A DNA stretch of 32,000 nucleotides from an uncultured bacterium (GCA_963704705.1 OY969931.1:1290001-1322000); one strand, 5' to 3'; counted from the first letter of the stretch, positions 1 through 8,523 are shown. The notes: generated by a model not told the origin, from the sequence alone. A program made the numbers and translations.

Positions 1-650
1 ATTATTGCTGCAAGCCCTTGTGTTCCGACTGTTGCGATTGCAGCGCCACTAACACCGTAAGCCGGTATCGGACCATATCCCAAAATAAATAAAGGGTCCA
101 AAACCAGATTCAAAAGAACAGTTCCAAACACTATATATAACGGAGTTTTAACATCCCCAACCCCGCGCATAAGTGACTGAAAAACAAAATATGCGAACAT
201 GAAAGTTAAACCGATGAATGAAATCTGCAAATAAGAAACAGCATTTGGCAAAACATCAGCTGCCGCTCCCATAAGCCCCATAATTGGCGCTGAGACAAAA
301 TATCCAGCAACAGAACCAATAATAGAAACAATAATCATCATTAATAAAGTCTGACCCGAAACATAATCAACCTGCTCCAAATCTCCTTTCCCTTTATATT
401 GAGCAACCAAAATCGTACCAGCAATCGCGAGCCCGCCTCCAAGAGAAATAAGTAAAAATAATATCGGAAAACTCAAAGATACTGCTGCCACAGCCTCTGC
501 GCCAAGTCTTCCAACCCAAAAAGTATCAACAAGTTGATATGCGGTTTGAAGAATATTTGCAAAAACAATCGGCAGAGCAAGACCGATTAATGATTTTAAT
601 ATGGGACCGGATGTAAAATCGGGCAGTGTTTTTTGTTTAATAGAAGCCAT
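1..650 (-). CDS. MATE family efflux transporter (N-terminal part; gene runs off the left window edge)
   Basis: Minus-strand translation from ATG at 650: MASIKQKTLPDFTSGPILKSLIGLALPIVFANILQTAYQLVDTFWVGRLGAEAVAAVSLSFPILFLL... is typical of the MATE N-terminus. Open to base 1 and absent from the ORF track. Confidence 0.92.
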   Translation of the reverse strand, partial: MASIKQKTLPDFTSGPILKSLIGLALPIVFANILQTAYQLVDTFWVGRLGAEAVAAVSLSFPILFLLISLGGGLAIAGTILVAQYKGKGDLEQVDYVSGQTLLMMIIVSIIGSVAGYFVSAPIMGLMGAAADVLPNAVSYLQISFIGLTFMFAYFVFQSLMRGVGDVKTPLYIVFGTVLLNLVLDPLFILGYGPIPAYGVSGAAIATVGTQGLAAI

Positions 651-670
651 TTCGTGACATTGTTAAATAA

Positions 671-910
671 TTACTGATTTTCTTTCATTATGTTTTGAAG
701 CGATTCCAGCTTTTTCGACATCGCAGTTGTTAATTCTGCAAGTTTTGAAGGTTTTGCAAACATAATTGTTTCGTTATCCAATGAAAAAGCCAAAAGTTTT
801 TCACCTGAATTAAGGTGCATGACTTTTCGGGCTTCAACCGGAATAACAATCTGCCCTTTTTCACCTACTGTAGCGCTGCCGTAGAACTGCATAGCACAAT
901 GTCCTTTCAT
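671..910 (-). CDS. AbrB/MazE/SpoVT-like DNA-binding domain protein
   Basis: SATVGEKGQIVIPVEARKVMHLNSGEKLLAF matches the swapped-hairpin AbrB pattern (GQIVIPxExRKxxxLxxGxKL). Confidence 0.85.
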   Translation of the reverse strand: MKGHCAMQFYGSATVGEKGQIVIPVEARKVMHLNSGEKLLAFSLDNETIMFAKPSKLAELTTAMSKKLESLQNIMKENQ

Positions 911-1136
911 AATAAATAAGTTAAATCATATTTGTAGGAAAAGTATGATTTAACTTACCCAAGAAGTCAAGTTCCGTCCCGGGACAATATGCTTGCAAAA
1001 CCTCGATTTACGACTTTCTTATACAAAAATTCATGCATTAAAAATACAGAACTTCAAAACGCACAATAATAATCTGTCAAATCCAGGCGATTTGGATTAC
1101 TGGTGATTATCGATTTTGAAAACAATTAAATTCTCA

Positions 1137-2165
1137 TCATCTTTGTAAACTTAAACCTGCATACTTTATTATTTCTTCAAATACTTTCTTTTCTTGCGTA
1201 TTCATTGAAGGTTTTATGTAACGTGAACCCAAATAAGTCCTGAGTTCTCGTGAAAATTCGTTAAGACATTTATTATAAGCTTCCTTAAGGTGCGTTCCTT
1301 TTGCAGTCTTGAACAACTTCAGATATTTACCCTTATTTCTGGTGTACATTATTAAAAAAGCCTCTTTAAATATTTTATTTAATGATAGAGCCTGCCCTTC
1401 CTCCGATCTCCATTCAAGTCTGAAATTAATTCTTTTAAACTCATCTCCTCCAACTTGACCCTGCATCCATTTATATAAAACTTTTTTTATTTTTTTCAAA
1501 GCATTTTTATTGGTTGGCTCACGTTCAATTTTTTTCAAATGGGCAATAAAAGGATCTTGAGTTTTAAGCTTGTTCTCAGCATTTATAATTATTTTTTTAA
1601 TTAACTCCAACTGTTTTTGAGTAATTAAACCTAATGCTCTGGCTATTTCAAATTCAGGTAACTTTTGTTTTAAAGTCTTCAGCACTTCTTGTGTAATTTC
1701 TAATTTCTTTTCGACTACATCCATCATGTATTTCATCGGATATGGATCGTCTTTATTGGCTTTTTTCAGCTTATCCAGCAAGAGTTTCACATTTTGAGTT
1801 TTTGGAGTTATATATGCAGATAATCCATTAATTATCGCCCCGTTAATATTTCTGTTAAATTCTGATTCGGATATCTTTCTTCTTCTAGCCTCTCTTACTA
1901 ATTTGTAGTTGCCAAAAGTATACATAAAAAATTTAACTTCTTTAAATAGATCATTTAATTTAGGTTGATTGTTATATCTTATTCGTAATCTTTGGAATTC
2001 AGCAGCGCTCATACGGGTTTTAAGCCAACTAATAGCGGCGCTTTTAAAGATCTGTCCTTCGGGTTTTGTTTCTATATCTTTAAATACATTAAGTACCAAA
2101 AACTTTTTTCTTGGAAAGGTCCCTGCTGTTTCTTGCCCTTTTTTTGTTTCGTGCGGAGGATTCAA
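1137..2165 (-). CDS. Hypothetical Lys-rich helical protein with apparent internal duplication
   Basis: 342-aa ORF, the only long ORF in the region. Two halves share an EF(Q/K)R(L/I)..R....LN.(L/I)FKE..F.MYT pattern. Confidence 0.75.
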   Translation of the reverse strand: MNPPHETKKGQETAGTFPRKKFLVLNVFKDIETKPEGQIFKSAAISWLKTRMSAAEFQRLRIRYNNQPKLNDLFKEVKFFMYTFGNYKLVREARRRKISESEFNRNINGAIINGLSAYITPKTQNVKLLLDKLKKANKDDPYPMKYMMDVVEKKLEITQEVLKTLKQKLPEFEIARALGLITQKQLELIKKIIINAENKLKTQDPFIAHLKKIEREPTNKNALKKIKKVLYKWMQGQVGGDEFKRINFRLEWRSEEGQALSLNKIFKEAFLIMYTRNKGKYLKLFKTAKGTHLKEAYNKCLNEFSRELRTYLGSRYIKPSMNTQEKKVFEEIIKYAGLSLQR

Positions 2166-2324
2166 TTTTATTAAGAATTAATTGTATTCATATTATTATA
2201 CGCCATTTCCCCTTTTTGGACAAACCTTATGTTTCTATGGAGCCGCAAACTTGACCTCAACTTTGCTATTTGACTAAATTTAATTTAAAATTGTGGATAT
2301 ACATCATATAACTAATTATTATTC

Positions 2325-3797
2325 ATGAATAAGGTCTTATCAAAATGCATAATGGCTCTTGCCATTTTATCTATGCTTCCTTTTACTGCTTTTGCGGGCG
2401 GATCAAGCGTAAGTATTAATGAAACCAATGTCCGGGATAAATTTTTAACTTCCGGTACCAATGATCAGCTGTTAATGAGTTTTACTGTTCAGCCGACAAG
2501 TCAGGCTGGAGGTGATTTAACTTTGAAATCGATGCAAATAACTTGTATGCCTGCGCACGGTTTAACAAATGTAAAGCTTATGCAGAACAGTACTGAAATT
2601 GATTCTTCTACTTTTGGCTTAAATCCGGGTTGGCAAAGCGTAACATTCAAACCAAATTCTTTTAAAATTCCTTATTCTGAAATCACTGAATTCCAGATTT
2701 TGGTTGATGTAAGAGAAAATACAGGTGATTTTATCAGCGCCTGTGCAATTGATAATATTGAATTTTATAGCCCGGCTTCCGACACTATTTATACTGCTTC
2801 TTCTCAAAATGATAACCTTGATGGTATCAACAGGCTTGTTTATGTTGATGATCCAAACGATGAAAATAGAATCCAGGATACACAAAGCTTCACAGCAACT
2901 TCAACATCACAAAATCTTGGTCTTGATACAACAAATAATCTGTTAATTGATTTTACTTTATTTTCTTCAAATGATCCTGAAACTTATTTAAATGATGTGT
3001 TTATATATTGTTCAAATGCATCAATAATTAAAAATGCGAACCTGCAGATAGGTTCGAAAGTTTATCCTGTTGATCGCATGAATAGTGAAGCCACATTATT
3101 GAAACGCCCTGAAAACACCCAAAATAAACGTTTTGTTTTTACGAATCTGAATGAAGTTTTGAATGCCAACGACCATATTGATTTAAAACTCTATGGAGAC
3201 ACATACAATTACTTTAGTTATCCTGAAGACAGAGTAACTTCATGTTCATTAATTGACACTTTTACAACAAAAGAGCCTGTTTTTGTTTTCAGCGACCTTA
3301 AGCCGGACCATCCGGATTACACAGCAATAACAGAGCTATATTGGGATGGCTTACTCCATGGTTACGAAGACGGCACATTCAAACCCGATCAAAACATGAC
3401 GCGTGCTGAATTTATAACTTTAGTATTTAGGTCATTGCATATTAATACAGACGGACAGGCTGTTCTAAATTGTTTTTCTGATGTAAATGGCGACTGGTAC
3501 GGAAGAGCTGTTTGCTTTGCAAAAAATGAAGGATTGATAGACGGATATCCCGATGGATCATTTAAACCCGGGAATAATATAAATAATGCGGAAGCTTTAA
3601 AAATATTACTTAAGTCACGGGAGCTTGAGGTAGGCGATGCAGGAACCGGCGAGTGGTATTCTCCTTATGTTAATAAAGCATCCGAACTAGGATTATTTGA
3701 TGAAGCAGCTTCTGACTTTTCTGCAGGTGAAATCGCAACTCGGGGAGCGATAAGCGAGTATATATACAAATTGGATAACTATTTTACCATAAAATAA
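2325..3797 (+). CDS. Secreted protein with three C-terminal S-layer homology (SLH) repeats
   Basis: Signal peptide (MNKVLSKCIMALAILSMLPFTAFA). SLH repeats: FSDLKPDHPDYTAITELYWDGLLHGYEDGTFKPDQNMTRAEF; FSDVNGDWYGRAVCFAKNEGLIDGYPDGSFKPGNNINNAEA; EWYSPYVNKASELGLFDEAASDFSAGEIATRGA. Confidence 0.9.
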   Translation: MNKVLSKCIMALAILSMLPFTAFAGGSSVSINETNVRDKFLTSGTNDQLLMSFTVQPTSQAGGDLTLKSMQITCMPAHGLTNVKLMQNSTEIDSSTFGLNPGWQSVTFKPNSFKIPYSEITEFQILVDVRENTGDFISACAIDNIEFYSPASDTIYTASSQNDNLDGINRLVYVDDPNDENRIQDTQSFTATSTSQNLGLDTTNNLLIDFTLFSSNDPETYLNDVFIYCSNASIIKNANLQIGSKVYPVDRMNSEATLLKRPENTQNKRFVFTNLNEVLNANDHIDLKLYGDTYNYFSYPEDRVTSCSLIDTFTTKEPVFVFSDLKPDHPDYTAITELYWDGLLHGYEDGTFKPDQNMTRAEFITLVFRSLHINTDGQAVLNCFSDVNGDWYGRAVCFAKNEGLIDGYPDGSFKPGNNINNAEALKILLKSRELEVGDAGTGEWYSPYVNKASELGLFDEAASDFSAGEIATRGAISEYIYKLDNYFTIK

Positions 3798-4479
3798 ACA
3801 TGGTTCTTTTACCTTCCTCTATAGTATCTTTAGATCCTGTCCAGTCATGTATAGCGTTGTCGATTGTTTCATAACTATATTTATAATCCGCACCAAAACT
3901 TGTACCGGGATCATTGGTTATAAAATTAGTTTGATCATACCCTTTAATAACAATCATATGATATGCCGGGCCGATTCCCCGATAATTCGGATTCGAAAGT
4001 AATCTGCCTGCAACAGGAATAACAACCGGATAACCAGCGGCCAAGAACATTTTGATATTTCTGATTGTAACATTCGATTCATAAAAAACCGCACCTTCAA
4101 TATCATAAAAATGTTTGCCAATTAACATTGCCTGCGTAGCATTTATATCAGGTCCATATCCTCTCGCAGTCTCCCATTCAACCATCTCGTTAATTTCTCT
4201 ATCAGCTTGATCGGCATCCAGCGGTTCATTATTGATATAATGTTTAACCATTATAATTGAAGCTTCCTCACATGCTTCCTGATAAGGCATATCCCAATTC
4301 CCATAAGGAGCCTGGGAAGTATAAGGTACATCCAGGTTAATTTCACGCGGAAGATCAATAGCTTCCAGTTGCTGCTGGTCCAACTGAATAATAAAATCAG
4401 AACATGCCGTAGTTACAAAGACAATAATAAATAAAATAACGGAAATTCTAAATTTTGATGCAATTCCCAGCATAAGCAC
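3784..4479 (-). CDS. C39-like (Peptidase_C39_2-type) cysteine peptidase, probable exported lipoprotein
   Basis: DVPYTSQAPYGNWDMPYQEACEEASIIMVKHY (Cys block) and GPAYHMIVIKGYDQTNFITNDPGTSFGADYKYSYETI (His/Asp block). N-terminal hydrophobic segment ends VTTACS. Confidence 0.85.
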   Translation of the reverse strand: MLMLGIASKFRISVILFIIVFVTTACSDFIIQLDQQQLEAIDLPREINLDVPYTSQAPYGNWDMPYQEACEEASIIMVKHYINNEPLDADQADREINEMVEWETARGYGPDINATQAMLIGKHFYDIEGAVFYESNVTIRNIKMFLAAGYPVVIPVAGRLLSNPNYRGIGPAYHMIVIKGYDQTNFITNDPGTSFGADYKYSYETIDNAIHDWTGSKDTIEEGKRTMFILW

Positions 4480-4611
4480 ATTGCTAAAAAGTAATGCCAG
4501 TGTACATTATTTTAACAATTTTTTGTATTTTGTTTATTGCTATTCAATGTTTAAAAATATCCTGGCGATGCAGTTGCACTAAAAGGACAGGCAATTGTTA
4601 GCAGGTGGGTG

Positions 4612-4640
4612 TTGACAAAAAGCGTTAAACAACTTAATAT
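4612..4640 (+). promoter_or_regulatory. Predicted sigma70-type promoter TTGACA-N17-TAATAT
   Basis: TTGACA 4612-4617, 17-nt spacer, TAATAT 4635-4640. Lies 26 nt upstream of ATG 4666. Confidence 0.8.
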
Positions 4641-4665
4641 CTTCTCCTTACATTACAACTTACAA

Positions 4666-5574
4666 ATGTCAAAAGAAGAAGAAACTAAAACAACTCAGAT
4701 TCGGGCAATGGTGAGCGAAGCAGAAGAAACAGGTTTAATAGAGGAAGAGTCTATTGCCGCTCTTAGAGTGGAAAATCTTCAAATTCAAGAAAGAATTGCG
4801 TATCAAAGGAAATTGCAAGCAGAAAATTTGATTTCTAAAGAAGTGATGGAAGAACGCATCAAAGCGATAGAGCAAGAAATCAAAGATAAGGTAACGGCTT
4901 TAGGTCTTGATATGTCCATATTGATAGATGAAGATTTATCATCATTAAAAAGTGCTCTTCGTCACAATGCTCAGACATCTGTTCATTCAGTAAGACTATT
5001 TCTTAGAGGCAAAACTTCAATGCTACTTGAAGATGGAAAACTTGCAACTTTAGATGTTTTTACCAACGAAGAAATACAAAAACTTTTAGGGGAAAGTCCT
5101 GAAAGGTTTAAATCGTTGATTGCCGCTGCAAAAAGACCTCAATACGATGGACCGTTAAAAAAATTGTTGCCGGAAGATTTACAAAGACTCGAGAAATTGG
5201 CCAATTCAGATTGGCGAATTCCTCGAAATATTAATGAATTGTTATATGCATTAGTAACCACATTCAATAAATGTTTTAAAGGAAATATTATTCAAAAAAT
5301 ATATGAATTCTCAGAAATTATTAATGGAAGAAAAGAAAAATTTGTCGGCGAGATATGCAAATCAACCAATAGGGCAACCCCTGAACAAATAACTGCTTAT
5401 TGTGAAGAAAATAGACGTGAATTTATGGATTGGATTCATAAATATATTGATGAAGAAACAAATCAAACCCCGGCAAGACTGAATTTTTTAAGAGAGCTGT
5501 TAGAAATTGTTGCTTCCTGTGATTATAGCAACCCTGAAGCGCTGGATAGTATTTACACCAGGATAAATACATAA
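4666..5574 (+). CDS. Hypothetical coiled-coil/helical protein (start refined from 4609)
   Basis: The track ORF begins at 4609, but the consensus promoter at 4612-4640 lies inside that extension. MSKEEETKTTQ at 4666 is the more plausible start. Confidence 0.75.
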   Translation: MSKEEETKTTQIRAMVSEAEETGLIEEESIAALRVENLQIQERIAYQRKLQAENLISKEVMEERIKAIEQEIKDKVTALGLDMSILIDEDLSSLKSALRHNAQTSVHSVRLFLRGKTSMLLEDGKLATLDVFTNEEIQKLLGESPERFKSLIAAAKRPQYDGPLKKLLPEDLQRLEKLANSDWRIPRNINELLYALVTTFNKCFKGNIIQKIYEFSEIINGRKEKFVGEICKSTNRATPEQITAYCEENRREFMDWIHKYIDEETNQTPARLNFLRELLEIVASCDYSNPEALDSIYTRINT

Positions 5575-5627
5575 AAAATAGCTGATATGATAAACTTTGA
5601 AATAGAAATTTCTTAATCCATTAAATT

Positions 5628-6152
5628 ATGAGAAATCGCCTTACACATTTCGGAATCGGATTTATTCTGATTTTTGCTTTGGCTGGCATAACTTATGCGG
5701 CAGCCCAAATTACTTTTTCAGATGTAGACCCTAATGCGTGGTATGCAGACGGAGTAAGTTATGCCAGCAATAAAGGATTAATGACTGGTTACAGTGATGG
5801 AACTTTTGGCCCTGAAAATCCTGTGTTACGAGGAGAACTCGCTACAATCCTGCAACGATTTGATGAACGAACTTTAGCCTCTCAAACTGCAAATTTCACA
5901 AATGTACTTTGCGATCTTGGTAAAAGAGTGAAATTATATGAAGACCCTGCAACAAAACAAATCTTATATGGTGTTGGAGATTTTTCATCAGGAATAGTTG
6001 AAACCACTCGCATATATAATACGGCAGGCGAAAAAGTAGGAAGCATAATCCCTTCTGATGTAGAAGGTGAAGCAGATTCATGTACACTTAATGATGGGTA
6101 TGATTGTGCAACTTTTAAGGCAGTTATCTGTGAAGGTATTGAATCACTCTAA
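5628..6152 (+). CDS. Small secreted protein with a single N-terminal SLH domain
   Basis: Signal peptide followed by ITFSDVDPNAWYADGVSYASNKGLMTGYSDGTFGPENPVLRGELATILQRFDE. Confidence 0.88.
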   Translation: MRNRLTHFGIGFILIFALAGITYAAAQITFSDVDPNAWYADGVSYASNKGLMTGYSDGTFGPENPVLRGELATILQRFDERTLASQTANFTNVLCDLGKRVKLYEDPATKQILYGVGDFSSGIVETTRIYNTAGEKVGSIIPSDVEGEADSCTLNDGYDCATFKAVICEGIESL

Positions 6153-6317
6153 GCTAAAACAGTGAGTACGACGAAGTGTTGATTACAGCAAAAAAAATCT
6201 TTTCTGCAGGAATAGTGGCTATTTTGATGTTATCAAAACCATGAATAATGTTGATAAAGATCCAATCCCACCCGAAGTTGTTCAAATGAAATCTACACAA
6301 ATGAAGAATGGGTGGAA

Positions 6318-6346
6318 TTGCCACAAGTACACATTTGTGGTATAAT
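6318..6346 (+). promoter_or_regulatory. Predicted promoter TTGCCA-N17-TATAAT with operator-like dyad
   Basis: TTGCCA 6318-6323, 17-nt spacer, TATAAT 6341-6346. CCACAA-N8-TTGTGG (6321-6340) lies between the two elements. Confidence 0.75.
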
Positions 6347-6375
6347 TATAGTAAATAAAATAAAACCAATTCTAA

Positions 6376-6672
6376 ATGAAGAAAGGCATGGAAAAAGGCT
6401 CAAAACAAGCTTCCCTGAAAGAGATGGCAAATATTAATGCTCCAAAGCTCTTAAAAGAAACTTTAAAAAATTTTAATGAGAAATTAAAATCAAAAGGTGG
6501 ATTTTTTGAAATTAAATATAATATAGAATTAATAAAACAAAAAATAAATACTTTAAATATAAAAGAAAAAAAAGCTTTCAAAGAATTAATCAAGCGTTTT
6601 ATTCAATTTTCAATTAATCAAAGATTAAAAACTGTTAATTCGCAAAATAATATTTCATCAAAATTAGTATGA
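6376..6672 (+). CDS. Hypothetical small basic helical protein
   Basis: 98-aa ORF just downstream of the promoter. Its stop overlaps the next start (ATGA). Confidence 0.65.
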   Translation: MKKGMEKGSKQASLKEMANINAPKLLKETLKNFNEKLKSKGGFFEIKYNIELIKQKINTLNIKEKKAFKELIKRFIQFSINQRLKTVNSQNNISSKLV

Positions 6673-6860
6673 AGGTTGGATATAGTGTTCAAGAATTAGG
6701 AAAACTGCGAAAATATTTTACTCCCCAACAAGAACTTGAATTCCAAAAAGGGATGAAAAAATATATTGAATCAATTCAAACAAAGCTAAAAAAAGAAGAA
6801 GCTGCTTTCAAAAATTTAAATCCTACCAGGTTACTAGATGGACAAATAAAAAAGCATTAA
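6669..6860 (+). CDS. Hypothetical small protein, translationally coupled
   Basis: 63-aa ORF, ATGA overlap with the upstream ORF. Confidence 0.65.
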   Translation: MKVGYSVQELGKLRKYFTPQQELEFQKGMKKYIESIQTKLKKEEAAFKNLNPTRLLDGQIKKH

Positions 6861-6888
6861 ATTCGAATTTAGAGAGATAACTTCCCCT

Positions 6889-7734
6889 TTGAAACTTATT
6901 TATAAATACCTACCTCCGGAATATTATAATGCAAAGGTTAAACCTTACTTTGACAGAATGCTGCAGCATCATATCACACTAAATGAAAAAGAATTTAACA
7001 GGATTAAGGGAAAGAAAGATTTTGGGTCTTTACACAAATTGCTTTATTTAATAAAAATTGGCTCAATGTTTAATGAAGAGGTTTGTTCTAAAGCAGTTTT
7101 TGATAAATACACTATGCTGAGAGAAAAAATAATTCATTATGTCGAAACAAATGTTCCAATGAATTTTATAAAAAGTCACTTAGCATCAATTAAAGATCAT
7201 ATGATAAATGTGCGTAATAAAGTTGGAAAACCATTTGGAATTGAATTAGATAATACCGAAGGAGTTAAAAAAATAAATGTTAAATATTATATAAATATTG
7301 AAGGAAAACATTGGCAAATTACACAAATAAACCTCGGAGATAAGCATGAATCTGTTGGGACCGTCATCTTTTCATTAGTTGATAATAAAACAAATAAAAA
7401 AATTAGCTGTTCCGTAAAGTATTCAAATTTATATACTAAATATGGAAGAAGAGATAAAAGTGGAAAATTTAATTCCAAATTTCGTTTAGATACTGCTTTA
7501 ATTAAAAAAAGAATGGCTAAAGCATATATAAATTTTTCAAAACATGAGAAAAATCAGGCAGTATTAAGAAAATTCGATCTACCTGAAGATAAACCAATTG
7601 GTTATATATCACTTTTCCCTTCAAAACCAGATTATGTAATTGATAATAATCAGGAATATTCAATTTATTTTGCCAGATTACTCAAATCACTCGGTTATCA
7701 GCTTGATTTATCTGCAATGAATGCAGACATTTGA
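6889..7734 (+). CDS. N-terminal part of a probable caspase-fold-like protein (first ORF of a split gene)
   Basis: 281-aa ORF. The C-terminus KPIGYISLFPSKPDYVIDNNQEYSIYFARLLKSLGYQLDLSAMNAD resembles the beta1-alpha1-beta2 region preceding the catalytic His block in clan CD folds. Confidence 0.7.
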   Translation: MKLIYKYLPPEYYNAKVKPYFDRMLQHHITLNEKEFNRIKGKKDFGSLHKLLYLIKIGSMFNEEVCSKAVFDKYTMLREKIIHYVETNVPMNFIKSHLASIKDHMINVRNKVGKPFGIELDNTEGVKKINVKYYINIEGKHWQITQINLGDKHESVGTVIFSLVDNKTNKKISCSVKYSNLYTKYGRRDKSGKFNSKFRLDTALIKKRMAKAYINFSKHEKNQAVLRKFDLPEDKPIGYISLFPSKPDYVIDNNQEYSIYFARLLKSLGYQLDLSAMNADI

Positions 7735-7852
7735 TGAACCTGAAAACCGAAAAAGTTATCAGAAAATGAAATTAGCCAAATTATATAAAAAAGGAATACG
7801 CAATTTTTATCTTGATTTTAACGCACATGGATTACCAAAGGGTAAAAGTTAG
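7721..7852 (+). CDS. Short overlapping ORF carrying the candidate His block (middle of split gene, +1 frame)
   Basis: MQTFDEPENRKSYQKMKLAKLYKKGIRNFYLDFNAHGLPKGKS*. Too short for the supplied ORF track. Confidence 0.5.
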   Translation: MQTFDEPENRKSYQKMKLAKLYKKGIRNFYLDFNAHGLPKGKS

Positions 7853-8274
7853 GAGAAAATATTAATTCAGAATTTTTGCTTACTTTAATGAAACCATATA
7901 TGGATAAAGGATGTATTTTTACTTTAACAAGTTTGGCTTGTCATGGGGGTGGTTTAAGACCCGGTATTTTAGCCTTTGTTAAGAAAAATCCGAAATATAG
8001 AAAGAATATAAATTTATTTTTACGTTCAAAACCTACGGCTTTAAATTATGAAGCGGAAGTAAGAAGGCCCAAAACAAATACCGTATATGCCGATTATTAC
8101 TCGTTGTATTTCTCAAACTTTTTAATGCAAGGCATGAATTATGGGGAAGCTTCTTATAGAGCAGATCTTGCTGCACTACAAATGTCTGGAGTAGATGCCG
8201 AAGCAGTAGTTGATGGTTCATTGATTGCAAAAAAGAAAAATCCAAAAAGAAAACCAACAGCAGCTGAAGCTTAA
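7846..8274 (+). CDS. C-terminal part of probable caspase-fold-like protein carrying the candidate Cys block (track ORF 7876-8274)
   Basis: Open from 7846: KLGENINSEFLLTLMKPYMDKGCIFTLTSLACHGGGLRPG.... Same frame as 6889-7734. SD-like AGGAG at 7851-7855 precedes possible starts ATT 7861, TTG 7876 or ATG 7891. Confidence 0.6.
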   Translation, partial: KLGENINSEFLLTLMKPYMDKGCIFTLTSLACHGGGLRPGILAFVKKNPKYRKNINLFLRSKPTALNYEAEVRRPKTNTVYADYYSLYFSNFLMQGMNYGEASYRADLAALQMSGVDAEAVVDGSLIAKKKNPKRKPTAAEA

Positions 8275-8275
8275 A

Positions 8276-8473
8276 TGGAGCCGTCATCGGGAATTGGCAC
8301 TCATCGTACTTAATCATCCGACTCACTTCGTTCATCGCATGCTTAAGCAACCCGGGACCCCTCCCTTACCATGTATAGTTGATGTTTATTGAAGGGCGTT
8401 TTTCGCTACAGATAGCCGTTTAGTTGGTGAGCGAGTTTGGTTGTGTAAGTTGTGCTAGAGGGGCACACCCAGT
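8276..8473. repeat. tRNA-Thr-derived cassette boundary repeat, copy 1
   Basis: Shares a 108-nt block (8304-8411) with copy 2 (9813-9920) with one mismatch. On the minus strand it contains the 3' half of tRNA-Thr with a 52-nt insert in the T-loop. Confidence 0.93.
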
Positions 8474-8523
8474 GCAGATATTATAGCACATTATATGATA
8501 TAATTTCGTTAAGAAATCATTGT

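Noticed and set aside
975-1010. GTTCCGTCCCGGGACAATATG as another tRNA-Thr remnant
   Set aside because: Only the short GTCCCGGG word is shared, with no acceptor or anticodon portion. It is a self-palindromic sequence.
7732-7734. UGA recoding (e.g. code 25, UGA=Gly) to explain the split gene
   Set aside because: The in-frame region 7735-7845 has several further stops including TAA 7843-7845, so readthrough does not reconnect the ORFs. Frame shifts do.
8033-8350. Minus-strand 105-aa ORF
   Set aside because: Antisense to the Cys-block ORF and runs through repeat copy 1, so most likely spurious.
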